Source: a virus (Duplodnaviria; Caudoviricetes). From it: 64,000 nucleotides of DNA. The position numbers and the translations under genes were made by a program. Under the pieces are notes generated by a model. It had not been told where the DNA came from, searched no databases, and worked only from the letters and a program-made list of their open reading frames with translations. Position 1 is the stretch's first letter. Each line of letters starts with the position of its first letter. Shown here piece after piece: positions 54,958 through 64,000 of the stretch. The DNA lies in IMG/VR virus record IMGVR_UViG_3300023210_000031, positions 395-64,394 of that record. One strand, 5' to 3'.

Positions 54958-56178
54958 CTATCCTCGCTTTCTTTTAAGCATGAAAGTTCCTCGGCGATAT
55001 TTGTCTATCTGAGAGCTTTCTTTCCACGGTCGGCGGACCTCTTTATTGATGAATTTGTATGCTGCTTCTTCTCCGGAGTAGAGAAAGAACTCTGCTGCCT
55101 TTGAGGCAACCTGGTCAAGCTTGTATTGGTTCCAGTCTCGGTTCGTCTCTTTCGCTCTAATAAACACATACAGCCTAATCCAGAATGAATTATCAAAATA
55201 CCACTCCTCGTTATATTGTTCTTTGCTAATGGTATCACGATGGATAATCTTTGTCAAGCTTTTCTTTTTACCTTTTCCTCCCACGAGGGGGATTCTGACT
55301 GTCGGAAGGGTTTTGACGAAGGCATTGTAAAACTCTCTCATATACACTTTGAGATTTGGTATATCAAAGTGGTGGGATCGATAGTAGTATTTGTCTACCA
55401 TGGTTTCGGAGTTTATCCCGTAGGTATTCATATGATTTTGAATCTGAGGGGCATATGGTAGTGCTAGCAATCTCCACGGGGCATTCTTATCGAGAACGAA
55501 TCCATTGTTTGCTGCAATCTGCCTGTATATTTCGAAGTTGGAGTCATTAGTGTAGGATAGTATTTTCTCTAGATCGTCTCCGTGATCGAGGGAGTCTTCG
55601 ATCTCGACAGCAAGTCCGCTATACATTGGAGTTCCCAAGTTGCTTGTTATGTATTCCGTCTTTGTAAATGGCGAGAGCAGTGTTGTTCTGTCTATCAGTA
55701 TCGTGAACTGCTCAACGAAGTCCTGGAAGCTTTGGATGCGCTCGTTGATTTCTGGGGAGGATAGAAATGGGAAGAGGTAGTTGCTATAAAAAGAGTTTAT
55801 AAACGAATCGTAATCGCTGTTGACGCTTTGCCAGCCTCGAAGGGGTTGTAGAAAATTTGTGTCCTCTATGAACCCTCCGGCATATAACATCCCATCCGAA
55901 CGAAGTAAGTCCATATTTCTTCGGAATGTGGTAAAGGCATCTGCTACAAAGTTCAAAGCTACCACACTTGTCTCGTCATCGGGTATTTCTTTTAGGAAGT
56001 TCTGGGATGGGTATATTGAGTCTTGGTTCTTATCAATCCTGCCAAATAAAATATGGTCGTACCAATAGTCGGCAGAGCTCTGCTCTAAAATACCGACAGG
56101 GTAGTTCTTTATATACGACAGTCTCTCGCTGTAAGAGCTGCTTGCTGGGAGGCTATTTGATCCAAAACTTAGCTTCAT
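54958..56178 (-). CDS. hypothetical structural-module protein
   Basis: Long ORF following hub-like gene. Confidence 0.6.
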   Translation of the reverse strand: MKLSFGSNSLPASSSYSERLSYIKNYPVGILEQSSADYWYDHILFGRIDKNQDSIYPSQNFLKEIPDDETSVVALNFVADAFTTFRRNMDLLRSDGMLYAGGFIEDTNFLQPLRGWQSVNSDYDSFINSFYSNYLFPFLSSPEINERIQSFQDFVEQFTILIDRTTLLSPFTKTEYITSNLGTPMYSGLAVEIEDSLDHGDDLEKILSYTNDSNFEIYRQIAANNGFVLDKNAPWRLLALPYAPQIQNHMNTYGINSETMVDKYYYRSHHFDIPNLKVYMREFYNAFVKTLPTVRIPLVGGKGKKKSLTKIIHRDTISKEQYNEEWYFDNSFWIRLYVFIRAKETNRDWNQYKLDQVASKAAEFFLYSGEEAAYKFINKEVRRPWKESSQIDKYRRGTFMLKRKRG

Positions 56179-56193
56179 TCTTTGCTCCTAATC

Positions 56194-58956
56194 TTACTTT
56201 CTACCGTAATTACTGTTGGCAGCATCAGAGTTTGTTGATGTGATGTCTGATAGCGACGGCTCTGGCGGCTGCGGTGGTGGGGCTGATGGAAGACTCAATA
56301 AATACTTGTTGCCGTCTATCGCCTTAACACCGCCTAGTGCTCCTCCGTCATCGTCTTCGAGTTCGTCTTTTCCAAGAGGGAACGACTGAAAATTACAGTC
56401 GAGCGAACTCTGGAGGGTTCCCATTGATATCTCTGATGATATCTTATGTACTATATAGTAGCCTCCCAAGCCGAGTTTTGTAGCAATGGATCGTCTAGAG
56501 CTGAGTGATCCAACTCCTGTAAGTGCGGGTGAAATAAAGACAGCTTGTCCTGGGTAGAACGGTGACGAGCCAAACAGTTCTACAGTCGAATTGTATGGTA
56601 GCTTGAGGACACCGACATTAACATTCCCCGTCTCTCTGGATTTCAATATCCTTTGATCTCTCAGTCTGCTCTCCATCTGCTTGAACTTAACTCCCTTGAC
56701 GATTCCCCTGTCTGAACCAGGAGTAAGATGATAAACTCCATTCTCAGCACTTGTCTGTTCGCTAGGATCTAGCCTGAGCCATGCTGGCACTCGTGAGCCG
56801 TAAATGATAAAGAAATTGGATGGGGACTGGAAGCCTCCATCAGTCGATAGCCTTGGTGGAGCGATCCGGAAATCTGGGTGTGGTTTGGGGATGTCCAACA
56901 TGGAGCCCTTATTTCTTTGTAGTTTTTTTGAGTGTCCAGACACAGTAGTGGCTTTGATGGAAGCCCTGTCTTCAGTAAATTTTTTCCGAGCATCTTCTCC
57001 CACTCGATTCGAAACGAAGCTATCGAGGGCATTATCTATTAGCTCGGTAGTTACCTTCTTTATAAAATTATCAAATGTGAATGTTGAGCTTCCCCTCTTC
57101 ATCACATTTTCGTACATAAAGAGATTGTACATATCAAGAGATATTGGCATCGAGGAAAGATTAACCCTTATTCTCTTGACATTCTTCAAGTCCTCAGAAG
57201 AAAGTTGTTCTTGCTGTATTTCGATTTTTCCCTTCTTGTTTTTCACCTTCTTTTCTCTTGGTGGAGGGAACAAGTAAAATTCATAATCACCAACAACTAC
57301 TTCGGAAACCATGGAGTCGTTTTGCTTTAGAGCCTCAGCCATATAATTGATGAGATCACCCAGGTAGAAATACGAGATGGTCCTCTTTCCTGTTGGTGTA
57401 GGCTTGCTGTCTAGGTTTTTGCCAGCCTTCTCTTTCTCCCTAAATTCCTTAATAAGATCTTTTACAGCTTGCTCGTCTATAATTCCTTTTGGGAAGATCT
57501 GCCCCAAGCTCTTGGACTTAGGCAGGATGCCGCTCTTATACTGATCCTCGCTCACGGAGAACGAGAATAGCCGCTGTGCTCCAACGAGGTGCTGGAGGAA
57601 TTTCGTGTAGTTCGATGCTCTATTTCTTTGAGTGGCTTTTTCGAGCTCTTCTTGAAGCTCGTCTCTTTTGTCTTTCAAAGCCTTTTTTGCCTCTGACTCC
57701 TTTTCGTTTTTGAGATTCTTTTTGTTTGTCGCGATCTTGTTTTTGACTTTTTTAAGTTCCTCTTCTGTCTTGTCGTCTGAGTCTTTTTTCGTGCCAATCG
57801 TGAGAACATTGGATGTGTATTGATCGGAGAGAAATTCTCCGGAGGCAGTGTATGATACTTTCAGCTCTATGCTGCCGTCCTCTTTGAAATCAAACTCTGT
57901 CTGGTTGGGGTACAGAGATAAGAAAACCCGGCTGTCCTCAAGTGCAAGCTTTAGTTCTGGCGACAAATCGGCATTGTCTGGATACTTATATCCCATCTCG
58001 GCGAGGATTTCGATCTTCTCAGGATCAACTTGGGCAGCTTCGTCTTCCTCTTTCGTATTTTCTGGACTGTGAAGAATCAGGTCCATCCACGAAATTCCGG
58101 ATGACGGCTTCTGCAGATCGACCATCGAAGAGAAGGAAAGAACAATTTCGGCAGTCAACGATCTTCGTGCGTTAAACAAGTTATCTCCGTTAGTCTCCCA
58201 AGAAAAGCTCTTTAAGCCAACATTTTTATAACTATCAGAGCCATCAGCAAAATACTTTTTCATGTCTGGCGATGTTGTAGAGAACTTGAACTCTTCTATG
58301 ATCCGCTTTCCAGTGGTGTCCTTCTTGCTCTTAAAGAATCTGATATATGGTATCAAGCTACTCAATTGAGCAGGAGTGATTGCCATCAAAGGCAACAGAC
58401 CCGTGCCGATGGTTAATGTGTTTATCAGATTTCCTTCTGAGTTAGCGAGTATCAGATTGTTCATATCTTCTGGCTTTGGTATGTTTTTCGAAGCAATAAA
58501 GCTCTCAACATTCTGAATCAAATATGCTTGCTCTGTCTGTTCAAAAATACCTTTCCTTGATTCTCGCTTCTTTCTCCTGCCGCCAGCAACTCTGTTGTTG
58601 CCTTCTCTAATCTTTCTTTCAGCCTCTCTTTCGGCTAGCCTTCGTAACTTCCTTTGGCGCTCTTTTTCGTCTTTACTTACTCCGGTAAGTTCACCGTAAA
58701 CCAGGTCAGGTCCATCGACCGAACTCTGTTCAATCCCAAGCTCAGCTAGGGCGGCAGCATTGCCAGTATCTGTGTCTATCGATATCGGACTATCTTCTTC
58801 GTCCGAGTATTGGGCGATTAAAGCTGGATCAAGGGATTGATCCAGATCTGAAATGGGCTCCTTGGTGCTATTGTTATCCTCAATTGGCTTACCACCCTTA
58901 GTCCACCCCCGTTGAGTGTTGGTGGATAGGGCAGCATCTAGTTCTTCGTCTTCCAC
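56194..58956 (-). CDS. baseplate hub-like protein
   Basis: Position after LysM wedge; C-terminal G...PGQ...GGYY.V..I pattern. Confidence 0.6.
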   Translation of the reverse strand: MEDEELDAALSTNTQRGWTKGGKPIEDNNSTKEPISDLDQSLDPALIAQYSDEEDSPISIDTDTGNAAALAELGIEQSSVDGPDLVYGELTGVSKDEKERQRKLRRLAEREAERKIREGNNRVAGGRRKKRESRKGIFEQTEQAYLIQNVESFIASKNIPKPEDMNNLILANSEGNLINTLTIGTGLLPLMAITPAQLSSLIPYIRFFKSKKDTTGKRIIEEFKFSTTSPDMKKYFADGSDSYKNVGLKSFSWETNGDNLFNARRSLTAEIVLSFSSMVDLQKPSSGISWMDLILHSPENTKEEDEAAQVDPEKIEILAEMGYKYPDNADLSPELKLALEDSRVFLSLYPNQTEFDFKEDGSIELKVSYTASGEFLSDQYTSNVLTIGTKKDSDDKTEEELKKVKNKIATNKKNLKNEKESEAKKALKDKRDELQEELEKATQRNRASNYTKFLQHLVGAQRLFSFSVSEDQYKSGILPKSKSLGQIFPKGIIDEQAVKDLIKEFREKEKAGKNLDSKPTPTGKRTISYFYLGDLINYMAEALKQNDSMVSEVVVGDYEFYLFPPPREKKVKNKKGKIEIQQEQLSSEDLKNVKRIRVNLSSMPISLDMYNLFMYENVMKRGSSTFTFDNFIKKVTTELIDNALDSFVSNRVGEDARKKFTEDRASIKATTVSGHSKKLQRNKGSMLDIPKPHPDFRIAPPRLSTDGGFQSPSNFFIIYGSRVPAWLRLDPSEQTSAENGVYHLTPGSDRGIVKGVKFKQMESRLRDQRILKSRETGNVNVGVLKLPYNSTVELFGSSPFYPGQAVFISPALTGVGSLSSRRSIATKLGLGGYYIVHKISSEISMGTLQSSLDCNFQSFPLGKDELEDDDGGALGGVKAIDGNKYLLSLPSAPPPQPPEPSLSDITSTNSDAANSNYGRK

Positions 58957-59304
58957 TTATGCTGATCTCCTCATATAGATTGAGAGTGCCCTATCGAGCG
59001 GCTGAGGCACTTCGATGGTGTCGCCGACGGTAATGTGGGATTCGGTGGGAGCTTGGTTGTACCAGGCTATGAGCCACCACAGGGTGGGATCTCCGTAGAA
59101 GGTGTTAGCCAACTTATAAAGCCTATCTCCCACTTTCCAAACAACAGTAGTGCTCTCCAAGAAAGCTTGCTCTTCTTCTGTGGGGTAACTGATGCTAGGA
59201 GTTCCGAACTGTCTCATAGTTCTTACTCCTCTCTTCTCTCTTAACTTCTTATCTCTCTCGGAATTATTCCTGGAGATTTTCATATTATCATATCTGGATA
59301 CCAT
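58957..59304 (-). CDS. LysM-domain baseplate wedge protein (gp53-like)
   Basis: GDRL..LA..FYGDPTLWWLIA..N. Confidence 0.8.
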   Translation of the reverse strand: MVSRYDNMKISRNNSERDKKLREKRGVRTMRQFGTPSISYPTEEEQAFLESTTVVWKVGDRLYKLANTFYGDPTLWWLIAWYNQAPTESHITVGDTIEVPQPLDRALSIYMRRSA

Positions 59305-59326
59305 TTGTCAACTCCATTTTCTTTAT

Positions 59327-60289
59327 TTAGCTATCGCCGCCAGTTCTGCTTATTGTCCCAAATAAGCTGCCCAGCTTTCTAACGGGGGAGAGCATTTTGT
59401 TTTTCTGAACTTCATAGCGAGCTAGCATGAGATCTTTCTGTAGATTGAGATCGGTTGAGATGCTTCTCTCTCTAATGATCTGTCGCTTCGGCTCGAATGG
59501 CTTTAAAGTGCTTGGATCTGGCGGGGGTATGGCAGGCGGGTGGGGTGCTCTCTCGCCACCATATGGGTATCGTCCAGGTTCCCGGCGAGTGCCATCGGGT
59601 CCGTATCCTAATTTTTGCTCATGAATAACGGAAAGTTCAAGATCTATCGTTATAGCCTGGGGATAAAGTATGCCGGGCTCGGGATCGAAAAATCCCTCAT
59701 CTAAGCTCGGATTATATTTGAAGCCGCCTATAGTACAAGTAAGTCCAGCAGTTTCGGCTAGTGCCATGCCTTCACCCTCAGTCAGCCCTTGCTTACAGAT
59801 CAGGTTCCCTAGCTTAACTCTGAACATTGGTCCAGCTTTTAAATTTGTACTGGACTCTCCGTCTCCATCGTAAGCCGGGTACATCATGGATGCGAATCGG
59901 TTTGCCTTATCCATATTTGCTCTCGCTTCTTGGAGGTTGGAGGCGACGACAGAAAAAGCCACATTGATTATCCTCTCTGTATTCTGGTATGTGATAACAG
60001 GGTCAGTCCTACCAAAGACCTGCTCTTTGTTGTGACTAACATTGAAGTTATCGCTGAAGTCTGTCAGAAAGGCTTTGAAGTAAAGGGATGTCTTGGAAAT
60101 GATGTGATATATCTCAATGAAGTGTCCTCGCCTGATGGCGCCCTCTGTTGTCGGATCATTGTAGAACTGACTCCCTTGAGCATCTGGGGCGGCATTGCCA
60201 TAAGATAGAGCCTTCGCCAGGTTAGGGTCTTCGCCCAGGGCTCGATCATGACCAGCAATCAACCCATCCAGATCTAAATCGTCTTCCAT
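59327..60289 (-). CDS. tail tube initiator / baseplate protein
   Basis: FKAFLT.FSD, GR.DP..YQ.T.R, YP.Y, P...KLGNL. Confidence 0.7.
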   Translation of the reverse strand: MEDDLDLDGLIAGHDRALGEDPNLAKALSYGNAAPDAQGSQFYNDPTTEGAIRRGHFIEIYHIISKTSLYFKAFLTDFSDNFNVSHNKEQVFGRTDPVITYQNTERIINVAFSVVASNLQEARANMDKANRFASMMYPAYDGDGESSTNLKAGPMFRVKLGNLICKQGLTEGEGMALAETAGLTCTIGGFKYNPSLDEGFFDPEPGILYPQAITIDLELSVIHEQKLGYGPDGTRREPGRYPYGGERAPHPPAIPPPDPSTLKPFEPKRQIIRERSISTDLNLQKDLMLARYEVQKNKMLSPVRKLGSLFGTISRTGGDS

Positions 60290-60343
60290 AGTGATTTTCT
60301 CCTCTATTATAAATAGGAAGGTGGAGCTTTTTTATCGTGATTT

Positions 60344-63136
60344 CTATCGGCGCCGATTGATCGTTCCGTTGACTGAATTCCAGATGTATTCGTTCAGTGC
60401 TTTGCCGCCTATTTCGAGCCTGATAATTGTCTCTCCGGCTCCTGCTCCAGCAGGCTGAGCAGCTCCTGTGGCTTTTAGAATCTCGGCAAGAGCATCAACA
60501 TTGTCTTTGTTTTTTACTACTTCTTTTTGATACTCTTTTGCTTCCTCGATAACCTGTACCGCTCCCCGAGCACTTGCTGGTGTTACTTGTGCTGTTGCTT
60601 CAAGTGTCCTCGTAAGATCCCAAGAAAATTTGCCGAACTTATCGGAATCAATGCCTGAAAGGGCAGTTGCTAAGCTATTGATTGCTGAGACAAAGTTGTT
60701 TGTCGAATCGGCTGCAGCCTTTGAATGGGCGGCAATACTTCTCATGATATTGCTTAGGTGATTAAATTTATCTTGCTTAATTTTATTCCCCGCTACCGCT
60801 ATCGCATTTATTCCTTCGGCTATGCCGAGGAGGAATCCCACAAAGCCGCCGGCTTCGGACCAGCTAGCACTTTCAAAAATGTCAAACAATAACTTTACCG
60901 TTGCGCCAAGCTTCTCAATGGCATCGCCGGCTTTTGCAAAAATGTCTCCCCATGAATCAAACAAAGCAGAAAGTTGCTTTGCTACTTCGGCAAAAGAGAG
61001 GAATGTAACGGTCAGCAAGCCAACGATGACTGTGACTTTACCTATAACTGCCCACGATAGACCGGCACCTATGGCTTTCGAAAAAAGCCAAATTGCTCCC
61101 GCGGCCCCAGCGACGTACCACGCGAAATCTTTCAGTGCCGGCAAGACGATGGTTTTGATTTTTTCAAAAGCCATCACCAGAGTATCGGCGATAAAAGTTG
61201 AAACACTTGTTTTCATGTTGTCGAAAAATGTTGTCAGTTTGTCTCCGGCGCCTCCATTCTCTGGATCTAGAGATTCCCACCATTTATCTGCCCATTTAAT
61301 AAATCTCTTAATCGAAGCTAACATCCCAGTTATTCCATCCATGATCAGATTGGCGGTACCTTCAGCAGCATCGCCGGCACCTTCCATCTTTTTTGAGAAA
61401 AAACCTCCAATCATTTCGCCGACATCTTTGAAGGCTGGGGCGACATCAGTCTCAAACCTCTTTACTAACACCTTAGCCACTTTTGTCACAAACTTTATTG
61501 CTGAAACCATCGGTCCAGCGATCACATCAGTAACTGACTTTGCTCCCTTTTGGGAACTCATCAGGACACCTATCAATTCTTTTATTGCTTTTGCTACTCC
61601 ACCCTTAACAAAGACAGCTTGGAAAAAGTTTCTTATCTGCTCGCCTAGGCTTAGTGTTGACCGAAGCATCGATTGATATCTTTTTTGAGTATTAGCATCT
61701 CTTTTTGCTGCCTTGGCTGCCGCCTTGGCTTCATCTGATTCATACCCCATAAGTTTAGCAAATTTATCAGCAGACATCCCTAGAGTCTCGGCATATGACT
61801 TCCTTTCCATATAGTTCATGTCTTCAAATGTTTTTCCGGCGGAAGAGAAGGCATCCTTAAGTGCTGCTGCTACAGCATCCGGACCTTCTTCTGCCTGTAA
61901 TCTCATCATCTCCATGCTATCAACGAAAGGTCCGCCCAGCAACGCATTCAGGTTTCCTGCTTTGGAGGACGCATCATCGAAAGAATCAAAAGACTCGCCA
62001 AGGGAAGCTAGTTCCTGAATCTCTAACCCTGATGCCTTTGCGGCTGCAGCCAAATCGTAAAACTCGTCCATCATTCTGTTGCCATAAAGAGCCAGGCTTG
62101 ATGAAACGGAGGCAAAATCAGAAGCTAGCTTAGCCGGAGTTGTGCCGAGGGACATTGCCGCAGATGCCATTCCCTTCATCGTGTCCTCTGCCTGCTTAGT
62201 AGACATTCCCATGCCTTTCGTCAAAAGACTCACACTAGCACCAGTTTCCTGAGCCCCGATGCCTAGCCTTTCGAGCTCGGCAGCGGTCCTTATCATAGAC
62301 ACTCTGGCTCCCTTAGAGGCATCGGCAAAGCCCTGCCAACTAGCAGCCAAACCAGAAGCAGCCTGGGCTGCTTGCTCTATGTTGACTCCGGTGCCGAGGC
62401 TCATTGCTGCACCAACATCTCTTGCCATGGCTCCAGCATCACCAGCGGCAGCACTAAAGTTAGATATAGCCTCTGAGCTCCTAAACATGAACTCGATACT
62501 TGCTTTGAAAATCGCTTTCATCGCTGATGATATCATACTTACTGGGTTGAAGGCGTCCCAGAGAGCTTTGCCGATACTCAGGACACTCTTGAGGGTTCCT
62601 TTGATGATACCATCTTGTTTTACTGCCGATCTCCAAGAGCTAAACATATTCTTAGCCATACCAGCAGATTCGCTCTTTGAAATACCAAGCCTAACTGCAA
62701 TCGAGCCAAAAATGTCTGAGCTGGACTGGTATACATTATTCTGTGCTTGAGCAGATCTAGTTTGCTTTTCAACTTTCTTCTGACGGGCATCTAGCTTTTC
62801 ATTCTGATCTTTGAGTTTTTTTGATTGCTTTTCTTGTTCGGAAGTTGACTTTCCCTGAGCTTTGTTATATTCTATCTCTGCCTGGATAGCCCTTTGCTTA
62901 GCCTCATTAGTCATCTTCTGGGCTTCAAATATATCTTCTTGGGTTTCTAGCTGTTCTGCAGAGAGGGCATTAGCCTCGCCGAATGACCCAAGGAGCTTTT
63001 CACCAAAAGAAAGCACAGAGTCCGTCATAGACTTAGCAGACTTCTCAGTCTCCTTGAGATCCTCCGACATCTTGTCGGCAATCTTGGAAAGCTCCTCGGC
63101 TTCTCCCTTTAATTCATCTAATGTCTTCTCAGCCAC
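60344..63136 (-). CDS. tail tape measure protein
   Basis: 930 aa Ala/Lys/Ser-rich helical protein, hydrophobic segments, position. Confidence 0.85.
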   Translation of the reverse strand: MAEKTLDELKGEAEELSKIADKMSEDLKETEKSAKSMTDSVLSFGEKLLGSFGEANALSAEQLETQEDIFEAQKMTNEAKQRAIQAEIEYNKAQGKSTSEQEKQSKKLKDQNEKLDARQKKVEKQTRSAQAQNNVYQSSSDIFGSIAVRLGISKSESAGMAKNMFSSWRSAVKQDGIIKGTLKSVLSIGKALWDAFNPVSMISSAMKAIFKASIEFMFRSSEAISNFSAAAGDAGAMARDVGAAMSLGTGVNIEQAAQAASGLAASWQGFADASKGARVSMIRTAAELERLGIGAQETGASVSLLTKGMGMSTKQAEDTMKGMASAAMSLGTTPAKLASDFASVSSSLALYGNRMMDEFYDLAAAAKASGLEIQELASLGESFDSFDDASSKAGNLNALLGGPFVDSMEMMRLQAEEGPDAVAAALKDAFSSAGKTFEDMNYMERKSYAETLGMSADKFAKLMGYESDEAKAAAKAAKRDANTQKRYQSMLRSTLSLGEQIRNFFQAVFVKGGVAKAIKELIGVLMSSQKGAKSVTDVIAGPMVSAIKFVTKVAKVLVKRFETDVAPAFKDVGEMIGGFFSKKMEGAGDAAEGTANLIMDGITGMLASIKRFIKWADKWWESLDPENGGAGDKLTTFFDNMKTSVSTFIADTLVMAFEKIKTIVLPALKDFAWYVAGAAGAIWLFSKAIGAGLSWAVIGKVTVIVGLLTVTFLSFAEVAKQLSALFDSWGDIFAKAGDAIEKLGATVKLLFDIFESASWSEAGGFVGFLLGIAEGINAIAVAGNKIKQDKFNHLSNIMRSIAAHSKAAADSTNNFVSAINSLATALSGIDSDKFGKFSWDLTRTLEATAQVTPASARGAVQVIEEAKEYQKEVVKNKDNVDALAEILKATGAAQPAGAGAGETIIRLEIGGKALNEYIWNSVNGTINRRR

Positions 63137-63158
63137 TTACTCGTTTTCCCATGGTCTA

Positions 63159-63512
63159 TTATTTGAACGGCCACTTAAGCCCGGTTGCTCTTTCGAATTT
63201 ATTTATCGCTGAATTAAGCTTGCTCTTGTTTCTATATGTCGCCGGACTGTGGAGCCCTTGATTCTTCCAAGTTTGAAGAAACTTCTTTTCTTTAGACAAG
63301 ACATTAGCAAAATTGCTAACTTGACTCTTGTTGCCTCGAATCTGAACTGGGAGGGCTCCTCCCCTAAATAAAGATGGCATAATCCATCTGAGGGCTGCTC
63401 CGAAAGTAAGAACCCAAGATTCATTTATTTGTCCGCTCTCATCTTTCATCTTCGTGAAATCAATAACACTCGGTACTATTTCGCCGCTTTCTTCTATTTT
63501 GCTATCTTTCAT
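63159..63512 (-). CDS. hypothetical late protein
   Basis: GGAGG RBS, late motif at 63529. Confidence 0.65.
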   Translation of the reverse strand: MKDSKIEESGEIVPSVIDFTKMKDESGQINESWVLTFGAALRWIMPSLFRGGALPVQIRGNKSQVSNFANVLSKEKKFLQTWKNQGLHSPATYRNKSKLNSAINKFERATGLKWPFK

Positions 63513-63547
63513 AGGGTAGCCTCCACAATAAGTAGTTTTTTAGCACG

Positions 63548-63572
63548 AAAAAAGGCATTCTTGGAATGCCTT
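63548..63572 (-). terminator. intrinsic terminator
   Basis: AAGGCATTC/GAATGCCTT stem plus U-run. Confidence 0.8.
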
Positions 63573-63726
63573 ATTTCTTCTTGACGGAATCTGATTCATC
63601 TTTTATCTGCTTCGCCAGTCTCTCAACAAACCAATTCCTCAACTGGATTGGTAAACTGTAAGCTTCAATAAGGCTCCAGCCGCCATAGTATTTTAGAACA
63701 AAGAATTGCTCATATACCATTTTCAT
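63571..63726 (-). CDS. gp51-like baseplate/tail assembly chaperone (absent from ORF track)
   Basis: Own translation MKMVYEQFFVLKYYGGWSLIEAYSLPIQLRNWFVERL. Confidence 0.75.
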   Translation of the reverse strand: MKMVYEQFFVLKYYGGWSLIEAYSLPIQLRNWFVERLAKQIKDESDSVKKK

Positions 63727-63730
63727 GTAT

Positions 63731-64000
63731 TCACTGGTCAGGCCAAAAAAACTCGGGGTTAATAGGAACCTCCAAATCCTGCTCGTGATAACACTCCTCG
63801 CAAACGAACTCTTGCTTTAAATCAACATTTGGGGTAATTTCTGCCATAACCCTTCTAATAAACCTAGAATCTCTAGCCGGCATCTTTCCTATAAATCTAT
63901 CTATCTCTTGTCTATCGTCGCTGCCTGCCACAGAAGCAATGCAGAGCCTCAAGTGCTCGGTAAGCAGATTCTCCGCTAACTTCTTCTTCTTTCTCATTTA
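63731..64000 (-). CDS. gp26-like baseplate hub assembly protein, C-terminal part
   Basis: C..C.H...VP..EFFWP ending; start lies beyond window. Confidence 0.75.

Noticed and set aside
60822-61676. Long plus-strand ORFs (also 25011..25694, 32363..32890, 34496..35086, 6378..6929)
   Set aside because: Antisense shadows of well-supported minus-strand genes; no motifs or RBS
1-64000. Stop-codon reassignment
   Set aside because: Conserved genes are full length under code 11 and end in TAA, TAG and TGA

Overview
Fragment of a large tailed dsDNA phage (jumbo-myovirus-like). Essentially all credible genes lie on the minus strand. Reading in transcription direction (right to left): a contractile-tail/baseplate module (gp26/gp51-like, tape measure, LysM wedge, hub); a minimal family-A polymerase, MazG-like protein and PhuZ/FtsZ-like tubulin; a T4-style replication block (gp32-like SSB, UvsX/RecA, ClpP, flap exonuclease, DnaB-like helicase, class II RNR, GroES) that uses a bacterial DnaE; then dUTPase, phage Dam, GroEL, glutaredoxin, tRNA-Ile2(CAT), M15 peptidase and a MoxR-vWA pair; finally a long accessory region with two restriction-modification pairs and many small SH3-like ORFs. 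Cys-rich MopE-repeat/vWA and DAG-motif lipoproteins suggest a Myxococcota-like host (inference). Main leads: (1) GATC sites recur in the spacers of sigma70-type promoters, four in identical register, including the promoters of the methyltransferase operons; (2) late-expressed effectors (ADP-ribosyltransferase-like, SAM-lyase-like, PD-(D/E)XK nuclease) carry related N-terminal leaders behind an ACTA(C/T)TTA late motif, suggesting a virion-injected payload; (3) a structured ncRNA candidate inside the RM island; (4) a probable +1/-2 frameshift in the tail chaperone. All calls are by eye from motifs; no database search was run.
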